Source of the DNA: Aduncisulcus paluster
Lineage: Eukaryota
DNA: 34,883 nt
Direction: 5' to 3'
NCBI GenBank assembly: GCA_024181965.1
Contig: BQXS01000066.1
Span: 1-34,883, forward strand
Positions 21,901 through 32,557 of this stretch are shown piece after piece. Each line of letters starts with the position of its first letter. Position 1 is the first letter of the stretch. The translations under genes were made by a program, and so were the position numbers. The notes beneath the pieces were generated by a model. That model saw only the letters and a program-made list of their open reading frames with translations, made no database searches and was not told where the DNA came from.

Positions 21901-24645
21901 AAAACGAAAGGAACTGATATGTATGATCTTTACGATGAAGGAGAAGAAGAAGAGAAAGGAGAAGAAGAAGAGAAAGGTGCAAGGCAATGTGTTAAGACAT
22001 CTGAGAAATATGTTAATGATATAGTGATTGCTTGCGGAGGTTTATATTTACTATGTGGAACAAATGAAACTCATGATCAAACTTCAGGTGAAATATCTTC
22101 AATCTCAAAGGAAGTTAAACAAACCACTCTCTCCTCTTCCTCCTCTTCCTCCTCTTCCTCTTCCTCCTCTTCCTCCTCTTCCTCTTCCTCCTCTTCCTCT
22201 TCCTCTTCCTCTTCATCTCCTTCTCTTTTGTTCCCTCTCTCTCTCTCTTCCTCTTCTATCTCCATGTGTCAAACAGGAACTGTATGTGGATCAGTGATTG
22301 TATCTTCCTCTTTATTGGAAGGGGATAAAAATAGAATATTGAGAGAGTGTGTGATCCATGATAATGAAACAGAACTCAACCTCTCCTCAGATTCTGGAGA
22401 TGAAGAAGAAGATCGTTTGACAAAGCAAAGAAGCCAACATGCTCCGAGTCACCGTCTCTCTTCTTCTTCTCCTTCCTCTTCTTCTCATTTTTCTTCTGTT
22501 TTATCAGAGAAATCTGTATATGCTCCTTTCCTTCATTATCCTCTCTCTCTCTCCTCTCTGTCTATATGTATTCGTGGTGTTCCTAGACGTTTACTCTACA
22601 TTCCTTCGGTTCTTCTGCCCAAAAGCCCCATTAATAACTCTGCTATGACTATTCCGTGTAACTCAAGATCACAGCCTTTCGTTGCTATTGGAATCTGTGA
22701 TAGTAGTGGTGTTATGGATCGCAGCAGGTTGTGCATACGTTCTGAAAATGATCTCTCAAACATTATATCTGTGTGTCATTATAGTAATAATCATATACTG
22801 AATGATATCTGCTTCATTCCAACACACAAACCTGCTCCTCTCTCTCTTTGTCTCTCAAAACCTATCGTCAAAGAATCCCGTTTTGAAGAAGAAAAAGAGG
22901 AAGAGGAAAAAGAAGAGGAAGAGGAGAAAGAAGAGGGAAAGGGAGAAAGAAGAGGAAGAGGACTAGCTTCTTCACCTTCACACAACAGTGATGATATCGT
23001 TATTGGTTGCATATGCGTATGTATGAGTGTTGTAAGAGAGAAAGATAGTGAAGTTTGTGAAGGAGGGAGAGTTTCTTTGCTATTGATCTGTGCTAACGGT
23101 CGTCTTGTCAGATGTGGTGAGATTCTATTCGAACAACCAGTGTTTTGTTGTGAATGTATCAAAGATGGGTTATTATTTGTAAACTCTTCGACATACACTC
23201 ATGCATTTGCTCTTGATCCATCTTCCTTCACTCCGTTGATTGATACCTACACTGTTCCACCTGCCATCATCTTCAGTGGGCAGCGTCAACCATATTCTTC
23301 TCCCCAAGTCTCAAAATCCCGTGTTCCTGGATGGTCTGATATTAAGTCCATGCATAGTACTGGCCCAGGAAATGCTTCGTCACGTCGATCCATCGGTGTA
23401 AGTGGGAAAACTTCCTCTTCTGGATCTGCCACTGCCTTGACTGCTCCAGATCTCTCTGTTGTGAACTCTGGTGATGTTAGTGTCATATGTGGATGTAAAT
23501 GTGTTGCAATGGGTGTGGGTGACGTGTGTGTACGCTGTATTTGTGAAGGGGAGAGGATTTTGTGTGGAAGTGTGTTGAAAAGTGTTGGAGAAAGGAGATT
23601 GGGCAGAGAAGAATTGCCTGACAAAGGGTGGAAAAAAGTTGATCAAGAAACTTTTATGCAAGAAACTCAAGCATCGACATATCAAACACAAAATTCTTCA
23701 GAAAGAACGACTATTCACGATATTTGTGAGCAATTATCACAAGAAGAACAAAGGAAAAGGCAGCAAATTGAATGGACTGACTCTGTTTTTGACCATCAAG
23801 ATGGCATATTATTAAGAACCAAATTGCATCCTAAACAAAAAGAAGTGAAACAACCGAACGGCAAGAAGAAAGAAATTGTCTTACATGGAATTGAAGATGA
23901 ATTCGATTCTATGATAGAATCTAAACGAAGCCAAGGAATCGATCTTCGGGATTCACATGGTTCTGTCTATCCTTTCCTTTCTACATACGCCAATCTTTAT
24001 TTCTCATATTCTATTTCGAGTGTTTCTCAAGATTTCTGTAATCGGTGGGTCTCTTCTCTTTGTTTTATTGGAGATAGTGTTTGTGTATGTGACGTGGATT
24101 CTAATATTTCAATTCTAAACACTGCTGATCTCTCAGACCTTCGAACAAGCGAGACCCTTGCTTTCCAAATGTTCAATACCGTTGGTTCTATTTTTAGTGG
24201 CATCCATATTAATCAGATGAGAAAGTGTTCTCTTTCTCAGATCGGTACAATGTGGAATAAGGAAGCTGCTGGTGGCACTGATGTGTTCAGTCGTGAATAT
24301 GCATATGGATCCAGCTGTGAATGTACTTTTTGTGGGAACGATGGAAGTATTAATTCTATCCTCTCCTTGCATCCCTCAGTTTATAGTCTTTTGGCAGCTC
24401 TTGAGGCCAGTGTTGGTCGGATTACTAGTGGAGTGTGTTCAGAAATCAGTGTGGGTGATTGGAGAGCACCATACACAACTCACCAAAGAGATATTGGTCA
24501 CATTGGATTCATTGATGGAACGGTGGTCGAATTGTTTTTGCAATTACCAAACCAATTGAAGGTTAAAATCGTTCAAGAACTCGGGAGAAAGGTTTCAGTT
24601 CAAGAGATTGAAACGTTAATTATTCAAATTAATTCACTTTATTAG
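17567..24645 (+). CDS. DDB1: DNA damage-binding protein 1 (DDB1/Rse1/CPSF1 family, closest to DDB1), ~2182 aa with poly-Ser/poly-Glu insertions
   Basis: Exons 17567-17673, 17762-17882, 18039-24645 (minus 286 bp of gap duplication). Introns 17674-17761 (GTATGT..AG) and 17883-18038 (GTACGT..AG). Motifs NLIVARGSRIEIY, ATVAEGNIADDVG, ENSGPVLDF, SGNYKSGKL and GFIDGTVVELFL parallel DDB1 NLLIAKNTRLEIY, TRAHGNVQDRIG, TNLGPIVDM, SGAFKEGSL and GFIDGDLIESFL. Confidence 0.8.
19436..19510 (+). repeat. (TCT/TCC)n coding microsatellite, poly-Ser
   Basis: Pure pyrimidine triplet run within DDB1. Similar runs at ~18895-18946, ~19778-19853 and ~20445-20477. Confidence 0.9.
19658..20209. other. Scaffold gap (N 19924-19943) with duplicated flanks
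   Basis: 19658-19923 is repeated as 19944-20209 (266 bp). Collapsing restores a single DDB1 frame. Confidence 0.9.
22132..22218 (+). repeat. (TCC/TCT)n coding microsatellite, poly-Ser
   Basis: About 29 consecutive Ser codons, nearly all TCC/TCT. Confidence 0.9.
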
Positions 24646-25117
24646 ACACTTATGAATCATAAGTCATGATACAACAAGAGAATTCGTGGATTTAAGGGGA
24701 ATTATGAACTTAAAAAAAAAAAAAATGATTACAAATCTTCAATTCAATTGAATGCATCGGGAATAATATTCCCGGAATATATTGTGATTCAAATTGTAAC
24801 TTCGAAGATACAGCTAGTTATTGATGTCATCAGTATCCACATATATCTAATAAACCAGATACTAAAATATCCCATGCCATGGAATTCCCATGTAGATATC
24901 TAGCAATTTCAAGCAATGTTTTGAAAATGTTTCCCTTCTTCAATCTCCATCTAATTCAAATCCTCTCGATTCAAGATAATCCCGATATTCAATAGAACTC
25001 TGCTTGCCAAGCAGTGCTTGGTTGAAGAGATACTCAAAGAATCATATTCACTCGGAACTGAGATAGAATAACTTGATTCTTCAGAATCACTCACTGGACC
25101 ACCAATAATTCCATTTT

Positions 25118-28100
25118 TCAAAAGCCACAGAAACAGCATAATTTGGAACAAATTCCAGCTCTTTCATTTTCTTCACTCTCATCACCATCTTTATCATAGT
25201 CAAAAACATCTTCGAATCCCCGGATAATTCTTGAAGAAGAAGGAGAATTGGAAGAAGTTTTCGTTATAACAATATCATGTGGAGAAATAATAGGATTTTG
25301 AACTTCTGAATGATTACTTGTTCCTCTATCACGTTCATCTTGATGTAACATATAAGAAGGCATATCTCTGTTATCGTTTTCAGTGCTTTGAAGTTTTGAA
25401 GACATTGATTGAGTTCCATGTCCCATATCTCTTCCACTTTTTTCTTCACTTTCTTTTTCACTCTCATCATGCTCTCTATCATTAACAATATCATGTGATT
25501 TAATTGTAGATTCTTGTACTTCTGAATGACTCATTGGACCACCAATAATAGTTCCAGAACCAAAATGTTTCTGTTTTTGTTCCTTGATAATATCATCAAC
25601 GGATGGACATTCAAACCCTTCTCCAATCTCTGGCAGTAAATGCTTGATGCTTTGCACTTTCTCACGAGCTTTATGGACACTCATACGTTTATCAACATCG
25701 AGTTGGGTGAGACCTGTGAAAACTTCATTCAAACATTCATGAACAGGTTGGAATTTTCCACCTTCAATCGTTAATAAAGATTTAAATAAATGAGATTGAC
25801 TAAGTTTTGGAGACATATTCTTTTCCATCAGACCCATTAATACTCCCATAATCTCTAAATTAATCCTAAAATCATCTCCCAAGTGTTTTCTAACAACTTC
25901 TCTGAATAATGGCAAAGAAACAAAAGGATGTTCACATATGAATAAAGCGAGAATCGACATTCCAAGAGAATATCCATCACTCTTCTGAGTTTGAGTGCCA
26001 GCTAAAAGGGTTTCATAAGAGTTGTACACAAGAGTTCCACATTTGGATGGGGTTTGATTTTGAGTTTCCTTTTTCGTATCAAGATGAATAGGCTGAATCA
26101 AACCTGATTTGGTAGTTGTTGAAGATGATATGGAATCTAAGATCTTGACCAATCCAAGATCAGAGAGAACAACAGTGCATTTCTTTGAATCNNNNNNNNN
26201 NNNNNNNNNNNTAATAAAGATTTAAATAAATGAGATTGACTAAGTTTTGGAGACATATTCTTTTCCATCAGACCCATTAATACTCCCATAATCTCTAAAT
26301 TAATCCTAAAATCATCTCCCAAGTGTTTTCTAACAACTTCTCTGAATAATGGCAAAGAAACAAAAGGATGTTCACATATGAATAAAGCGAGAATCGACAT
26401 TCCAAGAGAATATCCATCACTCTTCTGAGTTTGAGTGCCAGCTAAAAGGGTTTCATAAGAGTTGTACACAAGAGTTCCACATTTGGATGGGGTTTGATTT
26501 TGAGTTTCCTTTTTCGTATCAAGATGAATAGGCTGAATCAAACCTGATTTGGTAGTTGTTGAAGATGATATGGAATCTAAGATCTTGACCAATCCAAGAT
26601 CAGAGAGAACAACAGTGCATTTCTTTGAATCGGGATCAACACGAACAAGGAAGTTGTCGGGTTTAATATCTCGGTGAATAAGCTTTAGTTTGGCAGTGAA
26701 CACATCATCGAGGCACTCAATCATTCCAACACATAAGGCACTCACTTTCACAGGGTTCAATGTCATGGGATCAAACTGTTTGTGATCATCACTATCTTCT
26801 TCTTCTGAAGACGAAAAGGAATCGGATAGATCTTCCTCTTCTTTTCCTTCACTGTCTGAAGAAGATTTAGAAAGTTCTTCTTCCTCTTCTTCTCCTTGAC
26901 TTTCAGACTTCTCAACAACACACCATTTCTTGGCAAAGGAACTCACACTGCCTCCAATACAAAACTCCATAAGGAATCCATAAATTCCCTGTAAATCTGC
27001 ATCAAGAAGATCAAGAATATACAAAGGACGAGGGATACGATTGAAACATGTGGGGTTGTTAAATAACTTTCTTTGCACCTTAAACTCATCGCGACATGTC
27101 TTGATAACTTTTTTGTCTTCAATTTTGAGCATCTTCTTCAGAACACAAGGAATGGGAATACCTTCAACCTTGACAAGAATAACTTCACCAAATCCACCAT
27201 GACCAATGATGCACTGAGGAGTGATGGTTGCAGAGGAAGTGAGAGTGAAGGAGTCATGTTTGATAAGTTTGGAAGAATCGGATGGGAGAGGAGGAATATC
27301 ATCACCTGTGATGAAAATAAGGGATTCAACTTCAAAACAACGACTGTTTTTCTCTTTCCATGTTCCTTTCCCTTGAATCTCACATAAAATAACATTTGGT
27401 AAATCAATAGGAAGGAAATGCCATTCATATTCATGTTCAGGGTCTGTGAATTCATACTTCTTGGATATCTTCTTACCATTAGAAAGGGTGAAAGAGAAGA
27501 GAAGAGATGGTGAACTCCAATCTTCTTCCACACAGATATAAGCACCTTTCATAGGACTTGGTGATAGAAAAGGGATGGAAAGATGGGATAAGACGACATC
27601 ATCATCTTCCCCTATTAACATTTCCTGTGCATCGGAACTCATATCATATTCCTCAGATTCCTTACTCATATAATCATTCTTTCCCTTTACCAATTCAAAT
27701 GAAGGGTTGATAACAAGGGGATCATCTCTAGGAATTGGTCGAGAATCATCATCTCCTTCTGCAATAAACTCAGCTATTATAGTTGACTAAATAAATCGAA
27801 ATAATTTGGATAAATATATTGTTATCAATAGACATAAAGAAATAAAGAACAAAGATAAAAACAAAGAAAAATAAACATACAGCTTCAGTCCACATTTTTG
27901 ATATTAGAACTTCGGTCGATTTTCGGGTATGCTCTTCTTCAACGGTTTCTTCTCGAATAAAAGCAAGAGATTCAATAGAAAATTCAAATCTTTTCTTTCC
28001 TTCCTTTTTAGATTCTCCCTCAATCTCACACAAAACAACATCAGAGAGTTCAATTGGTAGAAAGAACCAACTATCAAGCGCAATGTCATCAAAATTATAC

Positions 28101-31100
28101 TTGATGGATCGCACATTCCCTGTAGAAGAAGTGAAAGTGAAGATGAGATGTATTGGAAATGAATCATCACTAGAACTTGGCAAACATATATAAGCACCTT
28201 TAATGGGAGTGGAAGGAGGTTTGAAAGGGATAGAAATATGAGTGAAAAAATATCCGTAATACTCCCCTTTAATCATTCTTTTGGCAGATTCACTCCTATT
28301 CACCTTATCACCAGTGCCATTCCTTGCCTCAATCCCTCCAAATTCAGGATCAATAATATTTGGGGCATCTCTTGGGATGGGAATACATGAATATCCTCCT
28401 TCATGAACAAAAGTAACTTCTTTTGTGTATATGTGTCTTTTGAGGAACACAAGAGAATAGATAAAGAAATCTCGATTAAATTCTTCTTTCCATGTTCCTT
28501 TCCCTTCAATCTCACACAATATAACATTATCTAAATCAATAGAAAGAAAGAACCATTCATAGTCATGTTTAGGTTCTGTGAATTCATACTTCTTGGATGT
28601 CTTCTCACCATCAGAGAGAGTGAAAGTGAAGAGAAGATATGGTGAACCTCCTTCCTGTTTAAAACAGATATAAGCACCTTTTATAGGACTTGGTGATGGG
28701 AAAGGTATGGAAAGATGGGTTAAGAAAACATAATCCTTTCTTTCTCCTTTTAACATCCTTTGTGCTTCGGAACTCATATCATATTCATCAGATTCCTTAC
28801 TTCTTGACTCATCTTTTGCCTTCACCAATTCAAATGAAGGATTAATAATATCTGGATCATCACGAGGAATAGGAATAAAACTGGCATTTCCCGGGTTCAT
28901 GAATTCTGGCTTTGAAATTGTCTTAAATTCGTAGCAATGATCAATGAAATAAAATAAAGCAAAAAAGAATCACAAGAATGATAAGATTGGTAAATAAATT
29001 AAAGGTTTCACTTAAATAGAACAAACAAATAAGTAAAAACATACAGCTTCTGTCCAGCAACGTTCATGCACTTCACGAGCAGTACGTTCCTCGTAGGTTT
29101 CTTCTCGGATGAAAACGAGAGATTCTATGTTAAAGACCCGACTATTCTTCTCTTTCCAAGTACCTTTTCCATCAATCTCACACAATATAACATTATCCAA
29201 ATCGCGACATGTCTTGACAACTTTTTCATCCGTTTTACGAAGCATCTTCTTCAGAACACAAGGAATGGGAATACCTTCAACCTCGACAAGAAGAACTTCA
29301 CCAAATCCGCCCTGACCAATGATGCACTGAGGAGTGATGGTTGCAGAGGAAGTGAGAGTGAAGGAGTCATGTTTGACAAGTTTGGAAGAATCAGATGGGA
29401 GAGGAGGAATATCATCACCTGTGATGAAAATAAGGGATTCAATTTGAAAAGAGCGACTATTCTTCTCTTCCCATGTTCCTTTTCCTTGAATTTCACACAA
29501 TACGACATTATCCAAATCAATAGGAAGGAAGTGCCATTCATAGTCATGTTTAGGTTTTGTAAATTCATATTTCTTGAATGTCTTCTTACCATCAGAAAGA
29601 GTGAATGTGAAGAGAAGAGAAGGTGAACTATAATCCTCATCCACACAGATATAAGCACCTTTCATTGGACTAGGTGATGGGAAAGGGATGGAAAGATGGG
29701 ATAAGGAAACTTTTCCTTCCCCCTTTAACATTCTATGTGCTTCTGAACTCTTATCATGTTCCTCAGATTCTAAACTCATCGAATCATTTTTTCCCTTTAC
29801 CAATTCAAATGAAGGAATTATAATTGTTGGATCATCACGAGGAATAGGAATAAAACCAGCCTTTCCTGGATTCATGAATTTTGGTTTAAAAATTGTCTTA
29901 AATTTGTTACAATGGTATTTTAAGTGGAAGAAATAAAGAAAATTTGATAGTATAATAATAATCATATAAAATTAGGGTGAACAAAGAATCGTTTCGTTAG
30001 AAAATTAAAAATATATCTAAAACATACAGATTCTGTCCAGAGATGTTCATACACTTCACGAGCAGTACGTTCCTCCCAGGTTTCTTCTCTGATGAAAACG
30101 AGAGATTCTATATTAAATACTCGACTTGTCTTCTCTTTCCAAGTACCTTTTCCATCAATCTCACATAAAACAACATTATCTAAATCAATAGGAAGGAAGT
30201 GCCATTCATATTCATGTTTAGGTTCTGAAAATTCATACTTCTTGGATGTCTTCTTACCATCAGAAAGTGTGAAAGAGAAGAGAAGAGAAGGTGAACTATA
30301 ATTCTTATAAACACAGATACAAGCACCTTTCATTGAGCTTGGTGCTGGAAAAGGAATGGAAAGATGGGATAAGGTGACATCGTCTAAGAATACTTCACCC
30401 TTTAACATTCTTTGTGCTGCCCAACTCTTATCACTCATATTATACTTACTTAATTCCTTACTATACGAATAATCACTTCCATTCACCATTTCATATGAAG
30501 GATTAAAAATTGTTGGATCATCACGAGGAATAGGAATAGAATATCTATCTCCTTCATTCATAAACTTAGGTGTCACAATTGTAGCTTCAGACCAGAGCTT
30601 CTCAAGAGCTGTTTCTTTAAATTTATGAGCAGTTGATTCTTCGGGTGTTTCTTCTCGAACAAAAACAAGGGAGTCGATTCTAATAGCTTTTTCTCCAGAA
30701 TCTTCGACAATCATCACAAATCTAGCAATATCCGGGAGATCGATTGGAAGATAGAACCATTCATGACTTCCATATATAGGAAATGTATAATGTTTGATTG
30801 TTTTTTCCCTTGAAGAAGAAGTGAACTTGAAGATAAGCTGGCGAGAAGACAAATCATGCCATTCAAATAATATATACGCCCCTTTCGTGGAGGATGATTT
30901 TGGAAAAGGGAATTCCACAGGTTTGTCATGTTCCAATATAATCCTCTCGAATTCAGCAAAAACAAGGGTCGGATCATCTCGAGGGATAGGAATAATGTAT
31001 AGTGTTCGATCAATTGGTTGAGCCTCAATTGTATCAGTATAAATCTACAATAAAAAGTTGGTATAAAAAACCATTGGTTCAATAATAGTCATTTTAGAGT

Positions 31101-31289
31101 AAGAATTAATTTGAATAATAAAACAACACAAAATAAATAATTGCAACATACACCAACATCTGTTGAACTACTAGAACTTGTAAATGGTGATTCTTCTGAT
31201 TTTTCATCTTCTCTCCCCTCATCCCAGGCAGGATAGTTGTTAAAACCCTTGGAAGTTGTTAAATTATTTTTTGAATCGATTGGAGGCAT
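25118..31289 (-). CDS. Gene B: tandem IPIPRDDP beta-domain repeats (6 full + 1 partial, with an internal kinase N-lobe fragment) + Ser/Thr protein kinase + Cys-rich tail (~1758 aa)
   Basis: Exons 31289-31152, 31044-30028, 29896-29045, 28921-27881, 27786-25118 (minus 440 bp of gap duplication). Introns 31045-31151, 29897-30027, 28922-29044 and 27787-27880 are all GTATGT..AG, phase 0. Kinase motifs GHGGFGEV, VLKKM, RDEF, IHRDIKPDNF, SDLGL, CGTLVYNSYE, KSDGYSLG. Confidence 0.82.
25772..26631. other. Scaffold gap (N 26192-26211) with duplicated flanks
   Basis: 25772-26191 is repeated as 26212-26631 (420 bp). Collapsing joins ORFs 26137-27693 and 25118-26152 into one kinase. Confidence 0.9.
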
Positions 31290-31573
31290 TTTATGATATT
31301 TCACAACAACTTACAAATAAAAATATCCCCTCAAAAAAATGGGTATTGTTCTTAACACGGAGAAAATGGACAATTCGTTTCAAACTCCAATTATATCGAT
31401 ATTGACAATATAACCAAGGAAGTCCATGTCATGAGAGTGATATAAATGTATAAATCTGTGAACTAAAAAACATCTATATTCGATAATATTGTTGACATCC
31501 AGAGATAGGAAAATGAATGCCGGAATGGCGTGTATAGTGTATAATTTCATACATTGGGGGGATTCATTGGGAT
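31290..31573 (-). promoter_or_regulatory. Conserved upstream block of gene B
   Basis: About 95% identical to 16100-16383. Ends only ~20 bp from the stop codon of the upstream gene (31594). Confidence 0.6.
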
Positions 31574-31593
31574 GTTTTATGTATTTAGTTGTT

Positions 31594-32424
31594 TTATTGT
31601 GTTATATCTTCATACATTGAGTACAAAGACACAGATCTAAATTCATAAGGAGCACTATTAATCGATTCCATTGTTATCCCATTATAATCTGTCCCTTTAA
31701 AAACGATAATAAGATGCATATTGCACTCACCATGTCCAGATTCACCGAGATCACAGTTCTTGGGTGCTTTGTTGAAAATATTATTCATATCGACAGCATT
31801 CGAGGTTAGATCGAGATTCTCAGCCTTTTCTTCAGACGCAGCAAGACGTTTCCCTTCTTCGATGTGAGTAGAAAGTGATGTAGATGTCGTTCCAAGTGAG
31901 GTATCATTAATAATGTCTTCCGGATATGGTCTTGGACATTCTCCATGATCACAGGCCAAGAAACATGTTTTCTCACAGAACTCTTCCATTCTCGTGTCAA
32001 AATAAACACTATTCACAGTTCCATTCTCCAATTCAATGATCAGAGTACGAGTGGAAATAAAGGCCTCTTGAGTAGCCACATTAACTAACTCAGAAGCAAC
32101 CTCACCTTTGGAGGTTGTAATGACGGCTCCAAGCAATGTATCGGGGTTCTTTATAATGAGTTTGTTGCTATATGAATTGAGAATCTCAAAATCACCGAGT
32201 TTATCCACATAAAGACAAGCACGGGTGTATTTCTTTGGAGTTACACCATCTTCATAATAAATAAGTTTAAGATGCATTTCATCGCCCGAATTAAAGGTTG
32301 ATCTGCTCGTAGCTGAAATGAAACAACTGCCACTAACAGTTGTTGGCATAATATCTAAAGAACATGCAAATTGAACAAGTATGAGAATACTGATAAAAAA
32401 TAGGTATGTTTTAAATGATTTCAT
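31594..32424 (-). CDS. Putative secreted Cys-containing hypothetical protein, 276 aa
   Basis: Signal-peptide-like N-terminus (MKSFKTYLFFISILILVQFACS), clustered Cys (CEKTCFLACDHGECP), C-terminal CNMHLIIVFKGTDYNG. No function recognised. Confidence 0.7.
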   Translation of the reverse strand: MKSFKTYLFFISILILVQFACSLDIMPTTVSGSCFISATSRSTFNSGDEMHLKLIYYEDGVTPKKYTRACLYVDKLGDFEILNSYSNKLIIKNPDTLLGAVITTSKGEVASELVNVATQEAFISTRTLIIELENGTVNSVYFDTRMEEFCEKTCFLACDHGECPRPYPEDIINDTSLGTTSTSLSTHIEEGKRLAASEEKAENLDLTSNAVDMNNIFNKAPKNCDLGESGHGECNMHLIIVFKGTDYNGITMESINSAPYEFRSVSLYSMYEDITQ

Positions 32425-32557
32425 GTATAAAAATGTGAATATATATCTGTGGATGCGTCAAAATCGATAGAATGATAACTCTTTTCACAAACCGACATTA
32501 ATCACTCACCGAAATGGAGCATTATTAAAATTTATTAATCGTTATAGTAAAAAATAA

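Noticed and set aside
25118-25135. CaaX prenylation motif linking the kinase to the nearby GGTase-I
   Set aside because: The last four residues are FCGF, so the Cys is not at the -4 position.
1941-26631. Three apparently perfect tandem duplications (294, 266 and 420 bp)
   Set aside because: Each brackets exactly 20 N, and collapsing each restores a single reading frame, so they are assembly artefacts rather than biological repeats.
29066-29626. 186-aa plus-strand ORF and other antisense ORFs over the repeats and NSF (33880-34482)
   Set aside because: Antisense to well-supported coding exons, with no independent motifs.
12100-31044. Diversity-generating retroelement or CRISPR-like explanation for the variable repeats
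   Set aside because: No reverse transcriptase, template repeat or repeat-spacer structure. The variation includes indels and is not evidently adenine-restricted.
24700-31573. Helitron or TIR-transposon boundaries around gene B
   Set aside because: No CTRR end after the hairpin, no terminal inverted repeats or target-site duplication found, and no shared 3' end with gene A.
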